A stretch of 64,000 bases of DNA, taken from the NCBI GenBank assembly GCA_013265495.1, contig MU058213.1, forward strand, positions 4,154,001 to 4,218,000. Reading direction: 5' to 3'. The notes under the pieces were generated by a model. The model was given only the letters and a program-made list of their open reading frames with translations, did no database searches and was not told the DNA's origin. The stretch comes from Vicugna vicugna (lineage: Eukaryota). A program made the position numbers and the translations under genes. This document shows, piece after piece, positions 1-12,577 of this stretch (its first letter is position 1; the number at the start of each line of letters is the position of its first letter).

Positions 1-649
1 CAACTCCTAATTTAAGATTAACCCACTGAGAGCTATTCATTGTCACTAATTAAGTACAGAGCCTTACGTTAAAATAATCAGCAGAGCTAGGGGATAGCAT
101 GGACATTTTCTGGTGACTACTAAAACACGCAGAAAGCTGTATAGAAAGTGACTCTACCTGGTACTTGGAGTTGCATCAAAGAAATAAAGTACTACAAATG
201 AGGATGAGACTGTCTTCTGAAACGAATTTGTGTCCCTTCTAAGCTACAGACAAATGGATAACTGATGTTCTAGAGTTCCACACCACAAAGCATTTCAGTA
301 ATAATTTTGGTCTGGAAAATGGTAAATACCACCACTGCATTTTGCCATTACAATATTTTTATACTAAAATATCTATAGAGCATCAAAATGTTAAGTACTG
401 TTAATTTCTTATTATGGAATAGCCCCTGAAACTTGCCTGTCTTTTGAATATAATATTGGCCTAAGATGGCTAGAGTTGCAATTTAAGTATGAAAGTGTCA
501 TTTTAACTGACATATCCGATAAGCAACACATAGGGAAGCTTCTAATTTTCAGAGCAATAGGAAGCAGTATTTTTTAAATGGAAAAGCCCATGCTGTAAAC
601 AAATGAAAGCTATAGTGAGATGGCCAAATCATTTGAAGTGAGGTTCTTC

Positions 650-969
650 ATTAGTTCTGGAATATCCTGGGTCACGATTTCTTCAAGTATTGCCTCTGTT
701 CCATTCTTTTCTTCTTCTCCTTTTGGAACTCTGATTAAATGAATCTTAAATTTCCTGGTCTCTATGTTTCCTAACTTTTCATCTATGTTTCCTATCTTTT
801 TTGTCTATCTATGCTTCATTCTGCATAATTTCTTTTAAAATATCTTCTAATTTGATGTTATATTTATTCACTCATTCTGAAATGTCACATATTGTATTCA
901 TTTCTGTACAATACTGTTGGTTCTTTTTCAAATCTGATCAGTCACTTTTTAAAGTATTCAGATATTTTC
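650..969 (-). mobile_element. Ancient L1 (L1ME-like) fragment, left part; interrupted by the insertion at 970-2523
   Basis: T-rich antisense L1-like sequence (atttcttcaagtattgcctctgttccattc...); similar sequence resumes after 2542. Confidence 0.55.
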
Positions 970-2374
970 TTTTTTTTTTTTCTTTTCTGTGGTAGTGATT
1001 TCCACTAACCTGTCTTCTAGCTCACTGATCCATTCTTCTGCCTCATTTAGTATATTCTTGGTTCCTTCTAGTCTGTTGTTCATTTCAATAATTGTATTCT
1101 TCAACTCTGGGTATTCTTTATATTTTCTAACTCTTTGCTAAAAACTTCTCTCTGTGTATCTATACTCCTCCTGAGTTCTCTGAACATCTTCACCATCATT
1201 ACTCTAAACTCTTTCTTGGCTAGATTGCCTATCTTGTCATCACTTATTTCTTCTTCTGGGATTTTATCTTGTGCCATGGCCTGAGAGATATCCCTCTTCT
1301 GCATCACATTGTCTACTTTCTATTTGTATTTTTAGGTAGATTAGTTATGTTTCCCAACCTTGGAGAAGCGGCCTTCTGTGGGAAATATCTTACGCGTCCC
1401 AGCAGTACACTCCTCTCTTGTAACCCAAGGGCCAGAGTCCAGCTGGTCCCAGTGTAGAGTCTGGCCTGTGTTTGTGGCTTTGGCATTGTTGTTTTCTTAT
1501 TTCTGGTATCTGACCTTGGTGGATGAGCCTGGACTAGACACATATGCACATTCCATGACAGGAGGAGTCGGTGCCTCCCCACTGCTGGGTAGAGTTTGGT
1601 GCTGGCCCTCTGGTGGGTAGGGGCATGCCTAGAGGTGGCTGTGGGCTCAGGAAGTCTGCTGATGGTTGGGGCAGTGTCCCCACCCAGTATGTTATTTGGC
1701 CTGAGCACTTAAGCCTACAGCTTTTGGGTGGGGTCATGAATTGGTGGTAATGAACCAAGCAAGATGTCTGCCTCCAGGAAATCTCATGTAGATGAACACT
1801 CCCCAAATGTCTGCTACCAGCTTTTCTGTCCCCAAGGTGAGCCACAGCCACCTCCCGCACCTCCCCGGGAGAATTTCCAAATCCAGAAGGCAGGTCTGGC
1901 CCAGGTTCCTATGAAGTCACTGCCACTGCCCTTGGTCCCAGCACGCACAAAATTCTGTGTGCACTTCCCGAGAGAGAGAGAAGTCTCTTGTTTCCCCCAT
2001 TCCCATGGGGCTCCTGGAGTTAAACCCCGTTGGCCTCCAAAGCAAGATGTGCCGGGGTCTCCTCCTCCCAATGCCAGAACCCCGGGCTGAGAAGCCTGAT
2101 GTGGGGCTTAGAACTCTCACTCCTGTGACTTAATTATTCTACAGCTTGTGAGTCGCCCACTCGGGGGGCACGGGGCCCAATTATATCATGAACACACCCC
2201 TCCTACCATCCTGCTGTGGTTCCCTCTTTATGTTTCCAGTTGAAGAGGATCTTTTTCGCTTGGTTCCAGTCTTTATTTCCAATGGGTGTTTAGTAGTCAG
2301 TTGTGGTCTTGTTGTAGTTGTTAGGAGCAGTGAGCTCGTGGTCCTACTACTGCACCATCTTGACTGGAAACCGG
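970..2374 (-). mobile_element. L1 5'UTR plus N-terminus of ORF1, 3'-truncated
   Basis: Minus strand starts ccggtttccagtcaagatgg (typical L1 5' start) and has a GC-richer 5'UTR; ORF 1101..1307 (KEFRVMMVKMFRELRR...ELENIKNTQS) is L1 ORF1p-like; ends in A12 at 970-981. Confidence 0.85.
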
Positions 2375-2542
2375 GCTGAGATGGTTTCTATGCAGGCCAA
2401 GGTGCCCCACCGGCCCTCCTGCCACCAAGCAGCAGGTGTGCCTGGGTGAGGGGCAGTCCTGGTGATAGGCTGGAGGCTGGTACCATGGCAGGGCCGCTCC
2501 AGCCCACATTCCCGCAGATCCCTAAAGCACTCAGATATTTTC

Positions 2543-3350
2543 AATTTGATTTTTATTTCTTTAAATTAAAGTAAGCCAGGTTTTAAAAATAATCTCTGTC
2601 TGATAATTTCAATACCTGCTGAACTTTATTTCTGTAGTTTTCCTCATGGGATCTTTTCCTTCTGTGTGTGTATATGTGTTTGTGTGTACATGTGCGTGCT
2701 TTATTGTGCACTACTTACTGTCCCTCAAATATTATAAAAAAGGATCCTTCAAGGTCTAGGATGAATGTTCCTTCTTTCAGAGAGGAAAAATCCTCTTCTA
2801 CCATTTCAGGACCAAATTACCCAAGTTCATGGCTCCACGTTCCCTAGACCATCTAAATCCAGATCTAAAATTCTTGAGGAGTGTGAGCTCATAGCCACAA
2901 TCTCTCAGGGAGGAGTCTTCCCCCATTCTATTCACATCTGTTCTTCTCGGTGCCAAGGCAATATTCCCTTCAGTCCCCTGGATATATGAGGGAGTAGAGA
3001 TATTTCAGGGTTTCTTTTACTCCAAGGGTGCCTCTGCTTCAGAGCAGAAGGGGTCTTCTGTTAGGTTCCCCACCTTGACCAGGCCCTGGGTGTCAACTTC
3101 TGATTCCTCCATTCACGAGACTGCTGAAACCAAAGCCAAAATCTGCCCAGATGGACAAGTTCCTTCAGAATAAAAGCAGCTTCGATGCATCAGTAGGAAA
3201 TAGATTCTCCTATTTTCTTAGATTTTGACTCATAATTTCCTTACTAGCTTGACAGCTATACATTGATTTTAAGGGAAGAAAAGTTAATATTTTCCCCAAT
3301 ATTTGTAAGTTCTTTGGTGGGATAAATGAGAATAGAAAGAGAACATATAA
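2543..3350 (-). mobile_element. Continuation of the ancient L1ME-like fragment
   Basis: Antisense L1-like phrases (ctctgtctgataatttcaatacctg); highly diverged. Confidence 0.4.
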
Positions 3351-3374
3351 CTTTAAAAGTAGGAGAAGTTTTCC

Positions 3375-4240
3375 TTTCTATTAAAATCCGTGTCTGGTTT
3401 TGGTAACAGAGTACTGCTGGCCCCAGAAAGTTGAGAAGTATTTCCACCTCTTGAGTTTTTTGGAAGGGTCTATGTAGAATTGGTATTATTTTCCTCCTTA
3501 AATATTTGGTAGAATTCACCAGGGAAGCTACGTGGGCCTGGGGGTTTTTTTGTGGGAAAGTTTTTAATTACAAATCCAATTTCTTTAATAGATATGCATA
3601 TATATGTTTCTTCTTGGATGAGCTTTGGCAGTCTGTCTTTCAAGGAATCTGCCCGTTTTGTCTAAGTTATCAGATTTATTGGCATAAAGTTGTTCATAAT
3701 ATCCTTTTCATCCTTTTCTTTTAACATCTGAAGACTGTATTGACATCTGCTCTCTCATTCCAGACATGTTAATTTGTGTCTTCTCTCTTTCTTTTTCTAA
3801 TCAGTCTGGCTAGAGGCGTATTAATTTTTTTAATTTTCCAAAGAAACCGACTTTTCATAGATTTCTTCTATTGTTTCTGTTTTCTGTTTCTTCAATTTCC
3901 ACTCTGGTCTGAATTATTTCCTTTCTCCTGCTTATTTTGGGTTTGACTTTCTCTTCTTTTTCCAGCTTCTTATGGTGAAAGCGGAGATCAGTAAACTGAG
4001 ACCTTTCTTATTTCCTACATAAGAATTTAGTGCTATAAATTTCTATGTGTAGATTTAGTTGCATCTAACAAATTTGATTTGTTGTGTTTTCATTTTCATT
4101 CAGTTCAAAACACTTTTCTTCAGTTCAAATACCTCTTGATTTCTTCTTTGATACATAGATTATTTAGAAATGTGATATCTAGTTTCCAAATATTTGAGGG
4201 TTTCCCAGATAGACTTTTGTTACTGAGTTCAAATTTTCTG
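3375..4240 (-). mobile_element. L1 ORF2 fragment (decayed)
   Basis: ORF 3256..3519 contains IIPILHRPFQKTQEVEILLNF, resembling ORF2p LIPILLKLFQKIEEEGILPNSF; antisense L1 composition. Confidence 0.8.
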
Positions 4241-4249
4241 GTTACTGGT

Positions 4250-4905
4250 CAGTTTTATAAATTAACAGACTTAATTTTTTAGAACAATTTTAAGTTTTCA
4301 GAAAAATTGGGCAGAAAGTAGAGTTCTCATATACCCCTTCTCCTTCACCATCCCAGTTTCCCCTATTATTAACATCTTGCATTAATGTGGTACATTTGTT
4401 GCAACTGTCTGCAGTTTATAGTAGGGTTCATTCTGTGTTGTACAGCTCTGAGTTTTGACAAATGCATAATGTTATGCATCCACCAGTGTAGTATCAAACA
4501 GTCATTTCACTGCCCTGAAAATCCCCTGTGCTCCACCTCTTTATCCCTCCCTCCTCCAAGTCCTTGGCAGCCACTGATCTTTTTATTGTCTCTATAGCTT
4601 TCCCTTTTCCAGAATGTCATATAGTTGGAATCACAGAATACGGAGCCTTTTTAGGCTGGCTTATTTTGCTTAGCAGCATGCATTTGAGGTTCCTCCATGT
4701 CTTTTCATGGCTTCATAGCTAATTTCTTTTTATCACTGAATAATATTCCGTTGTCTGGCTGTACCACAGTTTGTTTATTCATTTACAGATTGAAGGATAT
4801 TTCGCTGCTTCTAGTTTTTGGCAACTATGATTACAGCTGCAATAAACATTCATGTTCAGACTTTTATATGGAGAAGTTTTTAAATCATTTAGGTAAATAG
4901 GTAAG
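4250..4905 (-). mobile_element. L1MC-like 3' end
   Basis: tttttagaacaattttaagttttcagaaaaattg...ccagaatgtcatatagttggaatc resembles the L1MC 3'UTR in antisense; homologous sense copy at ~20350-21010. Confidence 0.8.
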
Positions 4906-4914
4906 TATCTAGGA

Positions 4915-5033
4915 CACTAAGAGTTTGATTCACTTGTCCAGGGACATAGAGTTAGGTAATAACACGGCTAGAATTTAAACTCAAACAATAGGATCCAGAG
5001 TCTATATCCTTAACCGTTATGTTAAGCTGCCTT
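4915..5033 (-). mobile_element. MIR SINE fragment
   Basis: cacttgtccaggg...ctagaatttaaactc...ccagagtctatatccttaacc, MIR core-like. Confidence 0.6.
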
Positions 5034-5194
5034 TAAACATGTGATACCAAGTCAGGTAAACAGAGTAAGGGGAGAGTTCACAGATGATGGAATGTGAGTC
5101 CAATCTTAGAAGAGGACTAAGAGTTGGATAAATAGGAGTGGGAAGAATCTTTCAATGTGTGGTACAGTGAAATGCTGCTTAGAAAAGTACAGTG

Positions 5195-5320
5195 TGGAAT
5201 AGTGGTGACGGCAGCGCAACAGTGTGAATTGCTTAACACCAGCCACTGAATTGCAAACTCATAATAGTTAAAATGGTAAATTTTATGTTATGTGTATTTT
5301 GCTGAAAGTTTTAAAAAGTC
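5195..5320 (+). mobile_element. L1MB-like 3' terminal fragment
   Basis: gccactgaattg...gttaaaatggtaaattttatgttatgtgtatttt. Confidence 0.7.
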
Positions 5321-5599
5321 TAGTGTACATGCTGGTTCATGAGTGTGGGGTAAATCAATCTGACTGAAGTTAAAGTTTTATTGGGAGAATAAAGGCAATG
5401 GAGTTATGTATGTTAACTTAGAACAAAATCGGTACGAACTTGTAAATATAGTATAAGGTCTTGGGGAGTCATTGGAAATTTTGGAAGTGGAGACATGAAA
5501 TCTGCAACCTCAAAGTGTTAAGCTGTGCTGCGTGAGAAATTTGCTGAAGTGGAGCAAGGCTGGAGGCAAGGGAACCAACTCAGCTCAGTCTAGGTGTGT

Positions 5600-5980
5600 T
5601 CACATGGGCTTTATCTCATTTCCTCCAACAGCAGTTTTACAAGGTGGGTATTATTGTTCCTATTCTGTAGTCAAGGAAGCTAAGATTTATTCATGTTCAT
5701 AGTACTAGCATGCGGTAAAAGTACAGTAATTTGAAATCAGATCTCAACTTCAAATCTGGTGGGATGCATGGATAGAAGAATCACACAGACCTTTGCTTGA
5801 ATCCTGGCTCTGCTGTACTAGTTATGTGGCTTTAGGAAGATTATTTAGCTTGTCTGAGCCTCAATTTTCTCAATTGTGAAAGTGTGATAAAAATATTCAT
5901 CTCCTAAGAATTAAATTCTGTGTATATACATATAAGCTCTGTACATAGCACCCAAGAAGTGCTCAATAATTGTTCATTCA
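5600..5980. mobile_element. Two MIR fragments in opposite orientation
   Basis: ~5600-5760 (gtgggtattattgttcctattctgtag, minus) and ~5775-5980 (gaatcctggctctgc...tctgagcctcaattttctc, plus). Confidence 0.65.
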
Positions 5981-7259
5981 CTTTCTTCCTCCTTAATTTC
6001 TGCTGCTTATCTGACATTTGTTTGCAGCATATATATGAATCATTAAATTATTTGTTGATTGCCTAATGATACTTAAAACTTTTTATTTGTAAATTTAGGG
6101 GGGGTTGCATCAAAAAATGATAAATTTTCATACATTAATCTCTTTGAATAGTAGAAAAGCACATTTCACTAATTAAAGGCACAAAATTCTAAAGAATTAT
6201 GAACGTAGTTTGGAAACTCACATACATATTTATTTAACACCATTTCATATCTTTAAGAAGGCTTTTGGAAATTTACTTAGAAAGCTGAAAAGTCCTTCAA
6301 TACCAAGTGGTTTAACAGGAATTTTTTAATGAGTTAAGTGTAAATGAATCAAAAACACATGAGTTCTATTTTCTGTAAATAACACGTGGTTTTGAAAACT
6401 GAAAATGTACTTCGAAAAAAATGTCTCCTGTGCACAATTAAATTAAAACTCTTAAAAAATAATGTTCTCTCAAATGAGGCAAGCCCCATTATGATTCTAG
6501 AGTACTTTCACTGGAAATTTTCTCTGTCCAGAAAGAAAATACTGACCACAGTATATCTTACATGTTTGATTTTGTGAGATAAGTTTACTTCAGGATGGTA
6601 TCCAAGGCTACATCTGGTGAGACTTATTTACATTTTCACAATTAGTAGAATTAATCATTTTTCTTTTGGTGCAAGAGAGAAAGCAGTTGTTTTCATCAAC
6701 ACAAATTGTTCATATGGGAGCAACCCGAGGACCTCAGACTTGAGAACAGTGACAGTGGGAGTGAGGATGAGTGCTGGCGAAATGTGACCCCACGATTTCC
6801 CAAATAGAAGAATAATTTATTTTGTCAGAAGGGCAGGAAAACTACTCAGCTAAATTTTCATCAGGAAATTAAAACCTTTCACTAAGAATGCCAACTAATA
6901 AAAGTGTCTCCAAATATTTCAGTTACATTGTGCCTGTAATTTCTTATCTCTTTCTGTCCATCTCTCTCTCTCTCTTTTCTAAGAAGGAGATAGCTAACAC
7001 GTTTGAGATCCAGATGAGGCAATAATAATTTTAATATTACCATTTTTCTGGTTGAAACCATCCAATTCCTTCTTTTGGTGTTCAGAGCAGTTTCCATTCA
7101 TTTGAAGTAGTGGACATTGCATTTATAATTGTCAGTCTTCCTTTTCCCTAAGATGGTGAAACTGACTACATTTTGTTGGACAGAATGAAAAACATACAGA
7201 TAAAATTGCTTTAGAATAAAGCATATGTTTGTGCAGGTAAATGGACCCTAACGTATGAC

Positions 7260-8284
7260 CAAATGGACATTGGTTAAAAGGACCAGAAGCACTAATGGAA
7301 GGATAGACATATAGATTAATGGAACAGAATTCAGAGTTCAGAGATAAACTCTCACATTTATAATCAATTGATTTTCAACAAGTGTGCCAAGACAATTCAA
7401 TGGGAAAGGAAATATTTTCAAAAAATGATGCTGGAACAACTGGATATCTACATGACAAAAAATAAAGTTAGACCCCTACCATATACCATGCACAAAATTT
7501 AACTCAAAGTAGATCAAAGAGATGAATGGATCAAAGATCTGTTTGAATGAATCAAGGCTAAACTATAAAACCCTTAATGGAAAACATAGACATAAATCTT
7601 CAAGATCTTAGATTTAGCAATGATTTCTTAGATATGACACCAAAAGCACAAGCAACAAAAGTGAAAAAATTAAGTGGACTTCATCAGTATTAAAAACTTC
7701 TGTGCTTCAAAGGATATCATCGAGAAAGTAAAGAGATAACCCAGAGAATGAGAGAAAAATTTGTTAATCATATTTCTGATAAGGGATGTCTATCTAAAAC
7801 ATATGAAGAACTAGTATACTCAATAATAAAAATACAAATAACCCAACTTAAAAGTTGGCAGAGGATCTGAATAGACATTTCTCTAAACAAAATATACAAA
7901 TGGTCAATTAAGCATATGAAAAGGTGCCATCAGGGAAATGTAAATCCAAACCATTTCATAACTACTAGGATGATTATAATAAAAAAAACACAGATCATAA
8001 CAAGTGTTGACAAGGGTGTAGATTCATTAGAATCCTAACATTGGTGGGAATGCAAAATGATATAGTGTCTTTCAAAAACAATTTGGTCACTCTTCAAAAG
8101 TTTAAACACAGAGTTGCCACATGGCCAGATGGCCCATTGGCTACACTACTGAATATATAGCCGGGAAAAATGAAAACATATGTCCACACAAACACTTGCA
8201 CATGGATGTTCATAGGAGCATTATTCTCTATAGGCAAAAAGTGGAAAAACCCCAAATGTCCATCAACTAATAGAATGGATAAAA
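7260..8284 (+). mobile_element. L1MB-like ORF2 3' region, interrupted by Tigger1
   Basis: Sense L1 sequence (caattgattttcaacaagtgtgccaagacaattcaatggg; aaatgtccatcaactaatagaatggat); resumes at ~10435. Confidence 0.85.
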
Positions 8285-10434
8285 CAAGCATACCTCGTTT
8301 TATTGTGCTTTGCTTTATTGCACTTCTCAGATAGTCCTTTGTTCACAAATTGAAGGTTAGAGGCGACCTAAGTCAAGCAAGTCTATCAGCACCATTTTGC
8401 CAACAGCTTTTACTCACTTCATGTCTCTGTGTCTCATTCTGTAATGCTCACAATATTTCAAACTTTTAAAATTATCATTGTGTTTGTTATGGTGATCTGT
8501 GATCAGTGATCTGTGATGTTACGATTGTAATTGCTTGGGGGAGCCACGAACTGCACTCATATGAGACAGCAAACTTAATCAAAATCTAGGCCTCTTGCAC
8601 CAAATAGTTAGCCATGTAGCTAATGTGAAGCATTGAAGGAAATTAAAATGCCACTCCGGTGAACATGTGAATGATAAGAGAGTGAAACAGCCTTATTTCT
8701 GATATGGAGAAAGTTTTAGTGGTCTAGACAGAAGATCAAACCAGCCACAACATTCTCTTCAACCAAAGCCTAATCCAGAGCAAGGCCCTAATTTTTTTCA
8801 ATTCTGTGAAGGCTCAGAGAGGTGAGGAAGCTGCAGAAGAAAAGTCTGAAGCTAGCAGAGGTTGGTCCATGAGGTTTCAGGAAAGAAGCCGTCTCCATAA
8901 CATACAAGTGCAAAGTGAAGCAGCAACTGCTGACATCGAAGCTGCAGCAAGTTATCCAGATCTTGCCAAGATCATTAATGAAGGTGCTACACTAAACCAC
9001 AGATTTTCAATGCAGACAAAAACAGCTTTATACTGGAAGAAGATACCAGCTAAGACTTCCAGAGCTAAAGAGAAGTCAACGCCTGGCTTCAAAGCTTCAA
9101 AAAACAGGCGGACTCTCTTGTGAAGGGCAAACGCAGCCGGTGACTTCAAGATGAAGCCAATGCTCATTTGCCATTCCAAAAATCCTAGGGCCCTTAAGAA
9201 TTATGCTCAATTTACTCTGCCTGTGCTCTATAAATAGAACAGCAAAGCCTGGATGACGGCACATCTATTTACAACATGGTTTACTGAATATTTTAAGCCC
9301 ACTGTGGAGAACTACTGCTCAGAAAAAAAAGATTCCTTTCAAAATATTACTGCTCGTTACAAAGCACCTGGTCACCCAAGAGCTCTGATGGAGACGCACA
9401 ATAGGATTCATGTTGTTTTCATGACTGCTAACACAGCATTCATTCTACAGCCCATGGATCAAGGAGTCATTTAAACTTTTGAGTCCTATTCTTTAAGAAA
9501 TACATTTTGTAAGGCTATAGCTTCCATAGATAGTGATTCTTCTGGTGGATCTGAGCAAAGTAAACTGAAAATCTGGAAAGGATATACTATTCTAGATGCT
9601 GTTAAGAACACTTGTGGTTCACGTGAAGAGATCAAAATTTCAAAACACACATGAGTTTGGAAGAAGTTGATTCCGACCCACTTGGATGACTTTGACGGGT
9701 TCAAGGCTTCAGTGGAGGAAGTAACTGCAGATGTGATACAAACAGCAAGAGAACTAGAGTTAGAAGCGGAGCCTGAAAGTGGACTGAATTGCTGCAATCC
9801 CATAAGAAACTTGTAATGAATAAGGAGTTGCTTCTTATGGATGAGCAAAGCCAGTGGCTTTCTCACATGGCAACTACTCCTGGTGAAGAAGCTATGAAGA
9901 CAGTTGAAATGACAAGAAAAGATTTAGAATATTAGATAAACTCAGTTAATAAAGCAGTGGCAGGGCTTGAGAGGACTGACTCCAATTCTGAAAGAAGTTC
10001 TGTTGTAGGTAAAATGCTATCAAACAGCACTGGATGCGACAGAGAAACTGTTCAGGAAAGGAGGAGTCAACTGATGCAACGAACTTCATTGTTGTCTTAT
10101 TTCAAGAAATTACCCCAGCCATCCCAGCCTTCAGCAACCACCACCCTGAGTGAGTCAGCAGCTATTAACCCTGAGGTAAGACCCGTCACCAGCAAAAAGA
10201 CTACAACTCGCTAAAGGTACAGATGATTCTTAGCATTTTTTTTAGTAAAAAGGTGTTTTTTAATTAAGGTATGTGCATTGTTTTTCAGACATAATACTAT
10301 TGCACACTTACGGTGTAAAGATAACTTTTATATGTACTAGGAAACCAAAAAAGTTCCTGTGACTCATCTTACTGCAATTCCACTTTATTGCAGTGGTCTG
10401 GAACCACACTCACAATATCTCCCAGGTATGCCTA
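8285..10434 (+). mobile_element. Tigger1 DNA transposon (TcMar-Tigger/pogo), near full length, transposase decayed
   Basis: Terminal inverted repeats caagcatacctcg (8285) and ccaggtatgccta (to 10434) followed by TA; ORFs 8806..9123 ([14 protein letters not shown]), 9253..9474 ([10 protein letters not shown]) and 9957..10214 are frameshifted transposase pieces. Confidence 0.95.
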
Positions 10435-10520
10435 TATATTCATACAATGCAGTATTATTTGGCAATAAAAAGAAATGAAGCACTGATACATGCTACAACA
10501 TGGAAGAAACTTGAAAAGAA
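10435..10520 (+). mobile_element. Resumption of the host L1 after Tigger1
   Basis: tatattcatacaatgcagtattatttggcaataaaaagaaatgaagcactgatacatgctacaacatgg continues the L1 broken at 8284. Confidence 0.8.
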
Positions 10521-11002
10521 ATTAAAATGATTGGTGGTATTTACAGTATTTTTAGATACACCTGAACTGCTATCTGTGTGTGTTGAGTTTCAGGTAAAAG
10601 GGATGAAAGGAGGAGGACAGATGGTCTGTAGAGGTCTGACTGTAACTGTCTTTTCTCTCTTTTGATTTTCTTTTTCTATTTCTCAGGGTACTGGTTAGAA
10701 TATAAAACTAACTTCAAATTAATTATATAACATGTTAATTCATCTGACATATACTTCCTTTTGCCTAGCGTGTGCCAGGCATTGCTTTTGGTGCTGGATT
10801 TGCAGACATGAACAGGACAAATTACCCACTGTCAGTTTACATTCTAGTAAGATGAATAGAATGGGGTTGGCAGGAGGGAAGGCCTCTTCCAGGAAGTGAT
10901 GTTTGAACAGAGACCTAAATAACATAAAAATCTGGAGGAGGAGAATATAAGGTAGAAGATGCAGAAAGGAAGGCCCTGAGTTGGAAGCAAGCTTAGTGTA
11001 TT

Positions 11003-11178
11003 AGAGCTGTGGTTCTCCGACTTGAATATGCAAGTTGTTAAAAACAGATTGCTGCTTCTACACACAGAGTGTCTGACTCAGTAAGCCTGGGAGGGGGCCC
11101 AAGAATTGACATTTTTAGTAAGTTCCCCGGGGATGCTGATGCTGCTGGTCTGGGGACCACACTTTTTGAACCACTGCG
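11003..11178. mobile_element. MER5A-like hAT-Charlie MITE
   Basis: gctgtggttctc...gatgctgatgctgctggtctggggaccacactttttgaaccactgc. Confidence 0.85.
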
Positions 11179-11231
11179 TTAGAAGAATGGCAAAGAAACT
11201 AATGTGGCTGGAGAAATTTGCAGGACTGGTA

Positions 11232-11408
11232 GGCAGTAGTGTGCCCAAGCCAGCTCATACTAGCTCCCGGGGGCCACAATTGTGCATCTCTTCCCAACTT
11301 TGCACTCAGTGATGTTTCATTGTTAGCTTGATATCAGCCACAGTGTGAGTCTGAATATTTTACTTTGGAAACTGGCAAATGCAGCAACCCAAGGATCTCA
11401 CGACTGGT
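11232..11408 (+). mobile_element. MER63-like hAT MITE
   Basis: cagtagtgtgc...attgtgcatctcttcccaactttgcactcagtgatg...tagcttgatatcagcca. Confidence 0.6.
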
Positions 11409-11599
11409 GGTAGGGATGCGGTCAAAGAGCTAGGCAGGCATCAGAACTTGAAGAGTTTTGTATTCCATGACAAGGAGTTTGGATTTAAGCATAAGGGCAA
11501 TGGGAAGCCTTTGAAGAGTTATGAGCAAAGGAGAGATGTGATCTGACTTGTGTTTTAAACAAACATCCTGGCTGCCAACTAGAATATAGATTATGGTGG

Positions 11600-12005
11600 G
11601 TATGGTTGTAGCCTCCAAATTCAAGCATTCCTTGAGTGCAATTAGCTGCTCAGCTAAAGGCTATATTTGTCAGCCTTCCTTGAAGTTGTGTGGGGTATGT
11701 GCCAATGGAGTGTGAGGAAAATGATGTGTGAAATGGCTGATCATGGGATAAAGAAGAAATCCTTAGCCTGAATGTCCGCTCTTTTTCCTTTCCTAAAAGC
11801 CTCAACCCAGACATAGCAGTGACCCAGTGTGGACTATGCAAATGATGGCAATGCCCAAGGAGATGGAGAAGCAATGACTTAGAAGAAGCTCTGGTCTCTG
11901 AATCACTGCACAAGCAGAGCTTCACATCAACCCGAGAGAGAAGGAAATGTTTTTCTTTAGCACTGAGCCATGGTATTGTTAGGTCTCTTTGTTACAGCAG
12001 CCTAG
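11600..12005 (+). mobile_element. MaLR LTR (MLT1 group)
   Basis: Ends with the MLT1-type terminus ggtctctttgttacagcagcctagc. Confidence 0.6.
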
Positions 12006-12099
12006 CAGCAGGAGAAGGTAGAGCAGAAGCAGGGGAAGACTTAAGAGACTATTGTGACAGCCAAGTCAAGAGGTGACGGTGGCTTGAATTAGGGTACAT

Positions 12100-12577
12100 G
12101 GCAGCTGAGGCTGTTTGCTGTCAGACCACTCCTCTCTGCTGGCTGGTCTCTGCTTTCTGCATTTTCCAGGCTCCCTGTCAGCTGGCTTCTGGCTGGCTTT
12201 AGGCACTGTTTGGAGACCTGAGGGTAGGAAGAGGGAAAGCCAGGCTATTTTTCTTTCCCTCTCCCTCTCCCTTTCCCTCTCCCTCTTCCTCTCTCTGCCA
12301 TAGATAGCATCTCTGACCTCTGGGAAGGATAGAATGGCTCTAGCTCCTGCCATGTGGTATCACCATGGATCCAGCTGCTTCTTCTGGGTGATCCTGACCC
12401 GTCCTCCTCTGGTCCTGCCAGCTGGAAATGGCAGCAGCTTCCCACCATTGTTAATTTCTGGGTTGTCCCACCATCCCGTTGGGCTTATCACTTCTTACAT
12501 CACTTGTGTAACCAATTCCCTGCATTAAATCCCCTCTGTTTTAAATGGTTTCTGCCTGGGTGAGCCTGGACTGACAC
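12100..12577 (+). mobile_element. ERVL LTR (LTR33-like)
   Basis: Ends ccctgcattaaatcccctctg...ggtttctg...ctgactgacaca-like terminus with CA; contains a (CTCTCC)n tract at ~12255-12295. Confidence 0.55.

Noticed and set aside
8806..10214. Transposase-like ORFs as a possible domesticated TIGD gene
   Set aside because: Frameshifted and stop-interrupted, inside a TIR-bounded Tigger1 copy
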